DNA of 63,868 nt, filler included, from Octopus bimaculoides (Eukaryota): the NCBI RefSeq assembly GCF_001194135.2. It is 5 parts of 5 records of this genome, joined end to end, with 100 filler letters (N's around TTAATTAATTAA, not from the genome) between each part and the next. Parts side by side here need not be neighbours in the genome. Positions count along the whole stretch, not along the records: positions 44,985 to 61,647 come from NC_068993.1; positions 61,748 to 63,868 come from NC_068991.1; 3 more parts are not named here. One strand, given 5' to 3'. Position numbers and translations under genes: made by a program. The notes under the pieces are model-generated. The model was not told where the DNA came from. It made no database searches and saw only the letters and a program-made list of their open reading frames with translations. Shown here piece by piece: positions 48,944 to 62,333 of the stretch (position 1 is the stretch's first letter; each line of letters starts with the position of its first letter).

Positions 48944-49364
48944 TTGACACGTGAGTAGAACTCATGTCTGAAAACCTTGTGACATACATTGTTGAAAAAA
49001 ATCGATAATACGGCCCCTGGAAGGGACCTTTATATCTACCGCATATAACTAATTTTTTAAACACCCAAGGGAAATAACCCATAGCACCTGTACAATATTT
49101 TTTAAAACACACAAGGGAAATAATCCATTTCATTATTTTGAATATTGATTTTTTTGTGTGTCCTATTTCTAATTTTTGCAGACAACATCACTTTTATACT
49201 TTATTTGACACGTGAGTAGAACTCATGTCTGGAAACCTCGTGACATACTTAGATTGTTGAAAAATATCGATAATAGGGCCCTTCCAATGGATCCTTCTAT
49301 CTACTACATATTACTAACATTTCATTTAAACAACCCAAAGGAAATAACCCATATCGCCTGCAGA
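48944..49364. repeat. Diverged ~150-bp direct repeat, period 261 bp
   Basis: ttgacacgtgagtagaactcatgtctg at 48944 and 49205. Confidence 0.85.
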
Positions 49365-50256
49365 TTTTAGCGAAGTGATCAATATTTGATTCTTACGATC
49401 AGCCGAACTAATTCTGCATTTCACTACTCACAGTTTTGAACTGCTAAACATTGTTATTGCACTTCCTTAATTTGAATCTTAAACATTAAAGACATCATTC
49501 ATACATTTCTATACATACATACTTTTTTGAATGCCCATTACTCTGATAATTCTGCATTTTTACAGTTACACTTTTTCCATAACAGTAGATAATTTTTTTG
49601 TTCCACAACGTATTTGTAGTGGCTTCATGCAGGCAGAACGTGGATTCAATCCCCAATTGCCAAATGTCACTTAACAATTCAACAGCACTTTTCTCACGGT
49701 AAAACAATAGTTTTTCTGTGAATGACAGCAGTTATACATTTCCCAGATGCCTTCTCTAAGCAGAATAATGTCTTTGCCTCTCGCCAATCTCCGAAAACCT
49801 CTCTCGCCAGCCTCCAACAATATCTCCCTCCTCCAGCTGATAGTTTTTTGTACATTTTCGTGATGGAAAGTACACCTTTTGTGTTATAACGAAATTGCTT
49901 TCTTATATCAGAGTAATAAGGCGTTTCAATAGAAAATCTTTACCACCGGGAATTACCGGGTACACCAGTTAGTATATACATACATATATATGTGTGTGAT
50001 GGGTGAATATACACACACACACACACGCATATGTATATAAGAGATGTCCCCTGTAAAGACATCGGAGTCTAAGTTTGAATCATTTGAACAGTTTTTTGTT
50101 GAATTTTCTATCACAGAATATTGCATCACACATATATATATATATATATATATANNNNNNNNNNNNNNNNNNNNNNNNNNNNNNNNNNNNNNNNNNNNNN
50201 NNNNNNNNNNNNNNNNNNNNNNNNNNNNNNNNNNNNNNNNNNNNNNNNNNNNNNNN

Positions 50257-50296
<40 letters not shown>

Positions 50297-51738
50297 CACA
50301 CATACACACATTTCCATCCGTCCATCCATCCCTCCACCCTCCCTCCCTCCTTCCATCCACTCCTTCCCTCCCTCCGTCCCTCCCTCCATCCGTCCATCCA
50401 TCCATTCATCTATACACACATACTTGTGCACAAATAAGTTTTTTTCCCTTTGAAAGAGACCGGCAAGAATTCATCAAAATGCTTATAGAACATAATGACT
50501 TCTAACAGGGGTGGAAGGACCATACAGCCTTTGTACTCGACCCTGCAAGAAAGAAAAGCAAAGTTGTTTTCCGTAGGATTCGAACTGAAAACATTAAGGA
50601 ACGTAAGACGTTTTGTTCCAGTCTTGCTAATACGTAGCTATATAAAGTAGATTCAGAAACACGTGTACATTCATAAATAATTATATATTTAAATATTTAT
50701 CTAAGAAATATAAAACGTACGTTCTCACACACATGCATATTTATATATATATATGTGTGTGTGTGTGCATGTATGTATGTATATATTTACATACCCATGC
50801 ATTCCTATATATATGTATATATTTATACACACACATTAACATTTAAAATTTGATACATTATGTAAACAAAAGCTTTCATAGTTACTCCTATGTGTGTGTG
50901 TGTGTGTGTGTGCGTTTGTATATATATATATATATATAAATGCACGCACACACATATATACACACACACACACATACACGTACACACACGCACACGCTCT
51001 TTAGTCCCACCCACTCTTTACTAATTTGTCGCTTGTTGTTTGCCTTCAGTTTAGAGAACTTCCGGTTCATCTTAATTTCTAAAATGATAATCCTGAACAG
51101 ATATGTTGCTATTTTTTTAATATAACTATTGCAACCACACCTATCGCTACTGCTGAAATGATTCAAATGCACGAAGGCTGACGTCACCTCTAAGCATAGG
51201 ATTGAGAAAAGAAACTAAGACACCAACAAAAATCTTTATTCGACGCCATCTTTCAGTGGGGGATTATATTCTTCAAGTCAACTTTTAGTTACTGGTGAGC
51301 ACTTTTAGCCTTCATCACTAATTCAGTTCTCACCCAAATTGAATGAAGTTTTGTTATGATGGTCCAGTTTTAGTAATTGTCTTCTTTTAGTAATGGTGGT
51401 CCAGTCCTATGTTACATTAGGAGATAAAATATGATAATTGAAATTTGGTCCATTAGGAAAAAACGTTAGGTTAAAATATGTGACGTCAGAAATGGGAGAG
51501 CAAGGTGAACTATTGATTTTGAATCAAAATATCTCAGTTATATTAAAAGAAAAGTATAAATTAATCGGGCTTAAAAGACTGTGCTCATTGAGAAGAATCT
51601 TTTGGTGAAAACTGCGTTAAAAATATTTGCTACGAAAAAAGTTGTGTGGCTTCAAGTGACGAAAAAAGGATAAGTAATGCCCCAAATTGACTTAAATAAC
51701 TCAGTTATAGTAAAAGAAAACGATACAATAGTTGAGTT

Positions 51739-52488
51739 GGATCTAGTTCAAAACGGGGGCACCAGTTTTCATTTATGTTTTATGTAGTGTTTTTGGTACC
51801 GAAAGACTTTCAAACTTCGTATACTTATCTATTTTGTGTTATAGAACAGAAAAAAATTTTTGTATTCGAATTTATTTCATGTAAAAAATTGTCTTATTTC
51901 GATAATTTCAACCAATCACTGACAAGTATTCAGCTGTTTACAGTTACTCCTTTGGCAGTTTAAGCGGTGTAAAGCGTATTTAATCTCCATTACTTCTGAC
52001 ATTTTGCAGAGAGGCAACACCCGTGTGTTCGTTTTCCTTCGTTTTATTTTTAATATAANNNNNNNNNNNNNNNNNNNNNNNNNNNNNNNNNNNNNNNNNN
52101 NNNNNNNNNNNATGTGTACAACATTTGCCCTAACCCTAACCCTAACCCTTCCCTCAAAAAACCAGGCCTTGTGCCTATAATAGAAAGGTTTATTAGCTAC
52201 TGCCAATATGCTTCAGCCATTTTTTGACAAGGAAATAATAATTTTATCACCGTTTGAGAATCGTTTGTTTACGTAGTCAGCACTTACTGTATTCGGCTGA
52301 ATGGACGTCAGTCATTGGTTGAAATTACAGAAATACGACAACTTTAACATGAAATAAGTTGCAATATAATAATTTTTCTTAAGAAGACTAAGAGAAAAAG
52401 ATATTTTATATGACACATTCTATCAGTGTCCCAAGTTTCAAAGTGTTTCGTTAAGAAAATACTGGCGCCCCCGTTTTGAACTAGATCC
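51739..52488. mobile_element. Non-autonomous DNA transposon with GG termini and 8-bp TSD (Merlin-like)
   Basis: TIR ggatctagttcaaaacgggggc(a/g)ccagt with imperfect pairing continuing ~200 bp inward. TSD GTTGAGTT at 51731-51738 and 52489-52496. Confidence 0.85.
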
Positions 52489-53119
52489 GTTGAGTTCAAT
52501 AGAATAATGTTCAATACGAACTATCTGTAAAAGAAATATAAATATTTTCGTCTTGCTGAAAAGAAAGGAGGGAACGAATCATATTCTGCACAATGCTGAC
52601 AAAGTGACGACAACATCATGTTTGTTACCCCATGTTGAGTCTGCCAATGAAATAACTTATATTGCTATGATAGCAAAAGTAACCATGTAACCTTAATTGA
52701 CTGATAAAGAACTAACAATATCTCTAAGAAACCTTCTAAAATTTCTTTCAAAAAATCCTCACTACTCTTTTTCCTTAAACATCTGATGAGCGGGACGTAT
52801 CCTACGTTCACGAAACTTTAAGTAATGTGGGACTGAGTCAAAATGTTATTACATGCATACATATGTGTGCGTGTTCCAGTCATGAGACAACAGCCATGCT
52901 GGAGCACCGCGTTGTAGGATTAGATGAACAAATCGACATCAGTGCATATTTTACGTCTGGTAAAAGCCCTTTTGCCGAACCGCTTATCTTACGGTGACGT
53001 AAATAGACCATCACTGGCTGTCAGACTGTGGGAGGGGATAACAAAACAAAGAAGAGACATGCACACACACATGCTTACACATACATCTATTCATACATAC
53101 ATACATACATACATACATA

Positions 53120-53563
53120 TTCTTCTTTTATTCTTTTATTCGTTTATTTGTTTCAGTCATTTGACTGCGGCCATGCTGGAGCACCGCCTTTGGTCGAACA
53201 AATCAACCCCAGGACTTCTTCTTTGCAAACCTAGTACTTGTTCTATCGATGCCTTTTGCCGAACCGCTAAGTTACGGGTACGTAGACACACCAACATCGG
53301 TTGTCAAGTGATGGTAGGGAGATAAACACAGACACACAATCATAAACACACACACACACACGCACACACAGACACACAGACACACACACATATATACATA
53401 CAACGGGCTTCTTCCAGCTTCCGTCTACCAAATACATTCACAAGGTTTTGGTCGTCCCGAGGCTATAGTAGAAGACACTTAGCCAAGGGGCTACGCAGTG
53501 GGACTGAACCCGGAACCAAGTGGTCGGTAAGCAAGCGACTTACCACACAGCCGCTCCTGCGCC
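53120..53563 (-). mobile_element. Full-length family C SINE with internal (CA)n
   Basis: Head gcgcaggagcggctgtgtggtaagt..., CORE-like ttggctaagtgtcttctactatagcc, internal microsatellite and 3' domain. Confidence 0.9.
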
Positions 53564-53567
53564 TATA

Positions 53568-53603
<36 letters not shown>

Positions 53604-54571
53604 TGTATGTATGTATGTATGTATGTATATATACATACATACATATAGGCAGCCGTGTGTAGTGTTTTATATATATAGACATCCATGTGTAATGTTTTAC
53701 CAAAACAGGAAACTATAATTTTTACTAAATATGAATAGGGTGTTAGAACACCTACATTGCTAGAAATAAGAGCTATTGGTCTGCTCTGGGCTCTAGCATG
53801 CCATACACGCAGATCATATCTCTTATCATTTACTTGCTTCTATCACTGGACTGCAGCCATGCTGGGGCATCACGTTGAAAGATTAAGTGAAACAAACTGA
53901 CAACACACACACACACATACACATACACTCACATTCACGCATATACCCACACACTCACACACACATATACACACACATACGACTATACATATACGTACAT
54001 CTACATGTTTCTAGCTATATGTGTATATTCATACACATACATATATATGTGTGTATACATGTATGTATGTATGTATGTATGTATGTATGTATATATATAT
54101 ATACATATACATATACNNNNNNNNNNCACTTTGTGGTATTGTCTGGTGATAAGTAATGCGATCTATTTTATTGCAATCATAGAGATTTAACATCGTAGAA
54201 CTCTACAATATAAGTGTTGTCTAACAATATTTTCCAGTATTGCAGCAGGATATCTATCAGCTATCATAGATATCATTGATATATAATACAGAATCATATA
54301 GTATGATAATATATGCATGATATGGTTGTTGAGCAATGATTGTTAACAGACATCTGGCATATCACCAGGCATATACAAGTGTATACAATGTATATCAGTA
54401 TATACATACATACAGAACCTGTACACACACACATACGAAGACATACGCCCGCGTGCGCACACACACATACAGACACACGCACACACGCACGAGCATACGC
54501 ACAAATATGCACGCACACATACACGTATAGATATAGATATGCAAAAATATGTATATATAACAGAAGTAGCT

Positions 54572-54773
54572 TTGTAGTAGTAGCTTGCTTACCAACCACA
54601 TGGCTGCAGGTTCAGTCCCTTCACGTTGAACCTTGAGCCAATGTCTTCTATTATAGCCCCGGGCCGACCAAAGCCTTGTGAGCGGATTTGGTAGGCGGAA
54701 ACTGAAATAGGCCCGTCGTATATATATATATATGTAAGTATTTACATATGCATATAGATACACATATATGTAT

Positions 54774-54808
<35 letters not shown>

Positions 54809-55003
54809 TTGTGTGTCTGTGGTTGTCCCCCAACCATCGCTTGACAACCAATGCTGGTGTGTTTACGTCCCCGTAAATTAGCTGTTTGCAAAAGTAACCG
54901 ATAGAATAAGTACTAGGCTTACGAAGTTCTATGGTCGATTTGTTCGACAAAAGGTGGTACTCCAGCATGGCCACGGTCAAATGACTGAAACGAGTAACAG
55001 AAT
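54572..55003 (+). mobile_element. Family C SINE with internal (TA)/(TG)n
   Basis: gtagcttgcttaccaaccacatgg...gcccgtcg(TA)n...(TG)n...ggtcaaatgactgaaacgagtaacag. Confidence 0.88.
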
Positions 55004-55164
55004 ATATATGTGTGTGCCCGAAACGTCATACTTTTACCATGTAAGTTTACTTTTTCATTAATGANNNNNNNNNNNNNNNNNNNNNNNNNNNNNNNNNNNN
55101 NNNNNNNNNNNNNNNNNNNNNNNNNNNNNNNNNNNNNNNNNNNNNNNNNNNNNNNNNNNNNNNN

Positions 55165-55199
<35 letters not shown>

Positions 55200-55674
55200 G
55201 TAATAGTAACAACAGTAACAACAACAATAATAGTAATAAAAATAATAATAATCATGATTGTAATAATAAATAGCAAAGAGGAAATATTTTAGATAGGATC
55301 AACGCGGTAAGGAGGCAAAGAATATTTGTTATTGGCTTTGATCCTTTTGAATTTCCTTCTCATCTCCATCCACTTGATGGACATGAGGATGGTGATGATG
55401 ACTGTTGATGATGACTGATGATGGCGGTAATGATGATGACGATGATGATGAAGATGGTGATGATGGCGGTGGTTGTGGTATTAGCGAAGATGATGATACA
55501 CCCACGAATCTGTGTTAGTTATACAAGACAGGAGAAAGGCGGAGAAGAACAAGCACTGAATGAAGTGTTAGAAGGAACACATTTGTCAATTTTAAACTTA
55601 GAGAAACTAAAGTGAATCCCCGTATCTACAGTCAAGATCATTGCCAGCAATATAGAATCTGAAGAAGATATTTA

Positions 55675-55920
55675 CTCTTTTTCTCTTTTACTCTTTTACT
55701 TGTTTCAGTCATTTGACTGCGGCCGTGCTGGAGCAACGCCTTTTAGTCGAGTAAATCGACCCCAGAACTTATTCTTTGGAAGCCAAGTAATTATTCTATC
55801 GATCACTTTTGCCGAACCGCTAAGTTACGGGGACGTGAACACACCACCTACGGTTGTCAAGCGATGCTGGCNNNNNNNNNNGGGGGGGGGGGGGACAAAT
55901 GCAGACACACAAACATATAC
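55675..55920 (-). mobile_element. Family C SINE 3' part
   Basis: ctttactcttttacttgtttcagtcatttgactgcggcc... Confidence 0.85.
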
Positions 55921-55951
55921 ACACACATACATACATATATATATACATATA

Positions 55952-56581
55952 CAGTGGCGGGGAAATAAATATTCTTTATTTATTTAATTTCTAATGAACA
56001 TAAATGGGATATACCAGTACTATATTTGCATACGCATGCATAAACTAAGAATATGCAAAAGAAACTAATAAATTATAGTAACTAATGAATTTATATACAA
56101 ATATAAATATTTAGGGGTGAAAAAAGTATTCGTACAGAATAAATTTATGAGTTTCTATGCCACAAAATATTGTTAAAATAATTTTTTTTTTACTAGAACT
56201 TTTTCGTTTGTTCCAATAATCTTCTCAGTGGTCATTTTTAAGTGTTAAAACACAAGCTTCTTCATCCAGTACTGGTGTCTGTTGGAAGCGAGGAGAAGGT
56301 GGAAAATATCAGAGACCCTTTGTATTCCATTTTCTACCATATCTTCATTTATTCAAAGATATAAAAAATCGGGAACTGTTGAAAACAGAATAAGATCCGG
56401 TGCACAACGCAAGATTTCCCCTAGATCTTTAAGAAAAATGAAGTGAAGTATCGAAAGAAACGCAATGATCACGAGTTGCAAGAAGATTTGTTAGCTTCAG
56501 GGACTAGTGTTACACTATGAACAAACGTAATTTAAAAACAATAATGAAATTGTTTTTAATTTTTTCATTAACCCCGCCACT
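55952..56581. mobile_element. Probable Tc1-like remnant
   Basis: TA|CAGTGGCGGGG at 55950-55962 and CCCCGCCACT at 56572-56581 abutting a gap. No clean transposase frame. Confidence 0.5.
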
Positions 56582-57796
56582 NNNNNNNNNNNNNNNNNNN
56601 NNNNNNNNNNNNNNNNNNNNNNNNNNNNNNNNNNNNNNNNNNNNNNNNNNNNNNNNNNNNNNNNNNNNNNNNNNNNNNNNNNNNNNNNNNNNNNNNNNNN
56701 NNNNNNNNNNNNNNNNNNNNNNNNNNNNNNNNNNNNNNNNNNNNNNNNNNNNNNNNNNNNNNNNNNNNNNNNNNNNNNNNNNNNNNNNNNNNNNNNNNNN
56801 NNNNNNNNNNNNNNNNNNNNNNNNNNNNNNNNNNNNNNNNNNNNNNNNNNNNNNNNNNNNNNNNNNNNNNNNNNNNNNNNNNNNNNNNNNNNNNNNNNNN
56901 NNNNNNNNNNNNNNNNNNNNNNNNNNNNNNNNNNNNNNNNNNNNNNNNNNNNNNNNNNNNNNNNNNNNNNNNNNNNNNNNNNNNNNNNNNNNNNNNNNNN
57001 NNNNNNNNNNNNNNNNNNNNNNNNNNNNNNNNNNNNNNNNNNNNNNNNNNNNNNNNNNNNNNNNNNNNNNNNNNNNNNNNNNNNNNNNNNNNNNNNNNNN
57101 NNNNNNNNNNNNNNNNNNNNNNNNNNNNNNNNNNNNNNNNNNNNNNNNNNNNNNNNNNNNNNNNNNNNNNNNNNNNNNNNNNNNNNNNNNNNNNNNNNNN
57201 NNNNNNNNNNNNNNNNNNNNNNNNNNNNNNNNNNNNNNNNNNNNNNNNNNNNNNNNNNNNNNNNNNNNNNNNNNNNNNNNNNNNNNNNNNNNNNNNNNNN
57301 NNNNNNNNNNNNNNNNNNNNNNNNNNNNNNNNNNNNNNNNNNNNNNNNNNNNNNNNNNNNNNNNNNNNNNNNNNNNNNNNNNNNNNNNNNNNNNNNNNNN
57401 NNNNNNNNNNNNNNNNNNNNNNNNNNNNNNNNNNNNNNNNNNNNNNNNNNNNNNNNNNNNNNNNNNNNNNNNNNNNNNNNNNNNNNNNNNNNNNNNNNNN
57501 NNNNNNNNNNNNNNNNNNNNNNNNNNNNNNNNNNNNNNNNNNNNNNNNNNNNNNNNNNNNNNNNNNGGGAGAGTTGTCGATCTAAAAGTTGAGTTACTTC
57601 TCGTAGCAAATTATATTTTTTATTATTATTTACGGGCGACCTTGTCCTTGGGAGGCAGATTTCGAAAATCTAATTCGTTTTTCTCGAAGACGCACCGTTT
57701 TGGAGCCTTTCGGGGATAAACGCAGATACATAGCACTATAATTCACATTTATATAGTGTGTGTGTATGTACATATATGTATACACACACACTCACG

Positions 57797-57828
<32 letters not shown>

Positions 57829-57834
57829 TGCATG

Positions 57835-58160
57835 TAATTGGTCTGCGGCCATACTTGGGCACCACCTTGAAAGGCTTAGTCGAACAAGTTGATCCTAGTA
57901 TTCACTTTTAAACCTGGAGTATATTCTATCGGTTACTATATATCGAACTGCTAAGTTACGGCAGCGTAAACAAATCAACACCGGTTGTCAACCGAAACTG
58001 TGGGCAAAACGAAAACACATATATATTTCCTCCTAGCAAATCCACTCATAAGGCCCGCGGTTATAGCAGAATGCACTTTCTTCAGGTGCCATGCATTAGG
58101 ACTGAACCCGGAGCTATGTTATTGTGAAGCATGCTTCTAACCACACAGTCATGCTTAGGT
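57835..58160 (-). mobile_element. Diverged family C SINE
   Basis: tggtctgcggccatacttgggcaccacc...gaaccc..gcttctaaccacacagtcatgc. Confidence 0.75.
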
Positions 58161-58734
58161 CACATAGAAGTGGGGAAGATATATATTGTATATATGACAA
58201 TAATCCTAGGTTGAAATTTATAAACATTTAATCAAATGTATATAATTTCCATCCGAGGATTATTGCTATTCTTATTATATTTATTCTACATTATATTGGT
58301 ATAAATTGGTGCAACCCTGACTGGCTCACTAGTCAGCATCATTAGACGGTGTCTGGCATAATGGAATAAGAGATTTATTTGCATATTCAAAACGTTTCCC
58401 GTAAACAAATTTAAAAGATATATGTATGTATGTATGTATGTGTGTGTGTGTGTATTGGGGGGGGGTGTATTGCATGAGTATGCTTGTGTGAGCATCTGTG
58501 TGTTTGTGTTTGTGTGTGTGTATGCAATCTCATTTCACGAAAGAACAGATTTTGGCAAGTATTACAAGAAAGTGAAACTTGATTGCACTAGAAAGAAAAA
58601 TCAGTAACATTCTAATCTGTTAAAAGAATTTGTGTTATTAATATATATATACATATATACATACATACATATATATATATGTATGTGTGTGTGTGTGTAT
58701 GTGTGTGTGTGTGTGTGTGTATCTGTTATTATTG

Positions 58735-58934
58735 TTATTCAATACTTAATAGTTTCAGGCAGATTTCTATGGCATTTCGTTAGTCTTTACGGTCTCAGTT
58801 CAAATTCCATCGCGGTCGACTTTGCCGTTCATCTTCTCGGAGTCGATAAAATAAGTACCCCTTGAACACTGTAGTCTATATAATCCACTAGTCTTCCTCC
58901 AACAAATTCCAGGACTTGTGCCTTATTAAAAAGG

Positions 58935-58935
<1 letters not shown>
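58735..58935 (+). mobile_element. Diverged family E SINE followed by (TTA)n
   Basis: gtcgactttgccgttcatcttctcggagtcgataaaataagtacc. Confidence 0.75.
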
Positions 58936-58989
<54 letters not shown>

Positions 58990-59352
58990 TTCTATTCTCT
59001 TACCTCTTCTAGTTACCCCACACTTTTTTATGTATATATATATTTATATATATATATATATATATATATTACATACGTAAATATCTATNNNNNNNNNNNN
59101 NNNNNNNNNNNNNNNNNNNNNNNNNNNNNNNNNNNNNNNNNNNNNNNNNNNNNNNNNNNNNNNNNNNNNNNNNNNNNNNNNNNNNNNNNNNNNNNNNNNN
59201 NNNNNNNNNNNNNNNNNNNNNNNNNNNNNNNNNNNNNNNNNNNNNNNNNNNNNNNNNNNNNNNNNNNNNNNNNNNNNNNNNNNNNNNNNNNNNNNNNNNN
59301 NNNNNNNNNNNNNNNNNNNNNNNNNNNNNNNNNNNNNNNNNNNNNNNNNNNN

Positions 59353-59387
<35 letters not shown>

Positions 59388-60415
59388 GAGTAGAAGAGAC
59401 AGTAAGAAGTGAACTTTTAGATTCCATCGATTACATCTTTCTCAGAAATCACACACACACATATACACACGTGTGTGTGTATGTGTGTGTGTGCGTGCGT
59501 GCTTGCGCGTATATATACATATGCATACACACATACTTATATTTACTGTCCATGACTAATAGCTATACACAAAGAATTTTGAAAAACATATTTAAAAAAT
59601 AGCAGAATTATTTCCAAAATAATTTAGGGCACCCCTACTATATCTATAAAAATATAAAACATTCCAGTTATCTCGCTGTCCATGAAATAGTAATCGCTGT
59701 CTTGTTTGAAGTGCCCCGTTGTATAATCTCGTACAATCTTGTATAATCTCGTACAATTTTTAATATATTTTAGTAGTGAAACAAGACTTTTAACCCCCTA
59801 GTGACTACATGCTGTCACGCTGTCTTTTATATATCCTTCAACTATGGGAAACTACAAGCGTCCAACTTCTCAGAGGTGCTGGAACGCCATAAAACGTGTG
59901 GCAGAATAGAAGTCTAATGCATGGGGTTTAAAATTGGTTTGGTTTTGCGAGGTTGGGTTGAAGCATAAACTAGATAACTGTAGTTGGATAGAGACAATTG
60001 TTCAGCAAACCCTTATTAATAATTTTGGCAAAAATAAATGGATCAAGGGGTCGATTTATATTATAATAACGTTATTAACGATAAAGGAAGCAAAGAATGT
60101 CTTCATATAGGGTTCGTGTTTAGAGATGCGTGGGAAAAAACGTCTCCCGCCCGATATGTGCGCCCAAACACGCAAGCACACGCACAAGTACACACACACA
60201 CACATACATACCCACTCACATACACACACACTCACACACACACACATACTCATATATATCTATCTATATTAGAAACAAAAAGGGAAATTCAGGAATGCTT
60301 CTAACAATGCATAGAGGAAAGTTAAAAAATCTTTATATACTCCAGGTGCCCATCCTCAGAAGGATACAATCAGAAGGATAGCCGAATGTAATTAGCAACA
60401 GCTCCCTCCCATATA

Positions 60416-60481
<66 letters not shown>

Positions 60482-60756
60482 NNNNNNNNNNNNNNNNNNN
60501 NNNNNNNNNNNNNNNNNNNNNNNNNNNNNNNNNNNNNNNNNNNNNNNNNNNNNNNNNNNNNNNNNNNNNNNNNNNNNNNNNNNNNNNNNNNNNNNNNNNN
60601 NNNNNGAACAAAAAAAAAAAAGAAAGGGCACTCAACACATTTATTGGGAGTTACATATATTATCCAGAACGGTTTGGTTTGGATTTCATGACACTTCAAG
60701 TGTCGAAGGCCCTAACGGAGCCTTTCTCATTAGGCTGGTAATAATCCGAAACCGAA

Positions 60757-61490
60757 TCAAACTGCCTCGAAAATGAATCCTTCTTCCGGGTCATATTTAA
60801 ATTCATTTATTGAATTTGCTACATGGTCTGGTGAAATCGTATTTTCTGGTTTTGTTACCAACTTCATTAGTTGTAGTATTTGTTGTTGTAACATTTGTTG
60901 TTGCTGTTTTTGCAACTCAATTAACAAGTTTTCCATGATTTTACGGACCTTCCGTAGAATGTGTACAACAAAACGTTTGTTACTCCTCTGTTGAGTTATT
61001 AATTTCTCCACATGAATTGTTTTTTAAATTCCTCCGCGTGAAAAATTTTTCAACGTCGTCCGCGTGAATTGTTTATTTTCTCATGAAAAAAAAAATTTTT
61101 TTTCAACGTTGTCCGCGTGAATTGTTTATATCCTCCTCGACACTGTTATAATGTGGATCCTCGTCCACTTACTTGTATGTTCTCGACAACACTGTAATAT
61201 TCTTGTCGCCAATAATATGTTTTGGCGGTATTCCGCGTCTTATTATCTTTGACTCGTCTATCGTGCTCTCGTTGATGGCTCCGCAAGACAACGACTTTGT
61301 AACGTCTATCTTAACGGTAACTCGAACTCGTATATATCACATAACTGACACTGACTCCAACTGAGAACTTGTACAACGACTCCACTACTACTGTTTTCTT
61401 TATTTGGCACTATGGCCACAACACAGATGGGGACACTACAAGGACAGACACAACACCACAATGGGGACACAAAACATAAACCGAATGACA
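60757..61490 (-). mobile_element. 5' end of a Ty3/Gypsy LTR retrotransposon (LTR-like region, PBS-like motif, gag N-terminus)
   Basis: Gag-like MENLLIELQKQQQQ..PDHVANSINEFKYDPEEGFIFEA from ATG 60936. PBS-like TGGCGAC at 61211-61205 and AATAAA in the upstream LTR-like region. Confidence 0.65.
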
Positions 61491-61647
61491 ATGAGATGTT
61501 ATATAATGAAGAAATGAAATGGCTGCATGGGCCCCATAACCATGTAGTACCATTTGAATCGTTTATATAAACTATTTACCATCGTTCACTTTTTCTATGT
61601 GTTATTCTTAATTATCTGGTTTTTTCTCTTTTTTTTAAAAATTATAT

Positions 61648-61747
61648 NNNNNNNNNNNNNNNNNNNNNNNNNNNNNNNNNNNNNNNNNNNNTTAATTAAT
61701 TAANNNNNNNNNNNNNNNNNNNNNNNNNNNNNNNNNNNNNNNNNNNN
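61648..61747. other. Artificial scaffold linker
   Basis: 44 N + TTAATTAATTAA + 44 N. Confidence 0.92.
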
Positions 61748-62021
61748 AAAACGGTAGATTTTAATGTCCATTATATATAGTTTAGCTTTACCAAGTTTTT
61801 TCTTAATCTTTTTCTCAACTGAGAGGAGAGGGATTTGTCTCTTTTGTTTGCGTATGTGTGTGTCTGTATGTGTGTGTCTGTATGTGTGTGTCTGTATGTG
61901 TGTGTCTGTATGTGTGTGTATGCGCCCGCGTATATTTGTGTATGTGCGAACCTGCGCGTGTATGCGTATTTGCGTTTGTGTTTGTGTACGTGTGTGTCTG
62001 TATGTGTATATCTATCTATCC

Positions 62022-62069
<48 letters not shown>

Positions 62070-62288
62070 ATATATATATATGTATGGTATGTATATATAA
62101 ACCATAATCGGTGCTCCAACAAAATATATTTTGCCAAACTGACGATTGGTTATTAATTATCTTATTCACTCTTCGACATATCTTTGAGTTCTTTATTCTA
62201 AGCGGCTGGACATAACTTTCTTTTGAACTTGTTACCGTCCGGAATGCGTATACATATGCATACATACGTACACACATACACACACACA

Positions 62289-62333
<45 letters not shown>

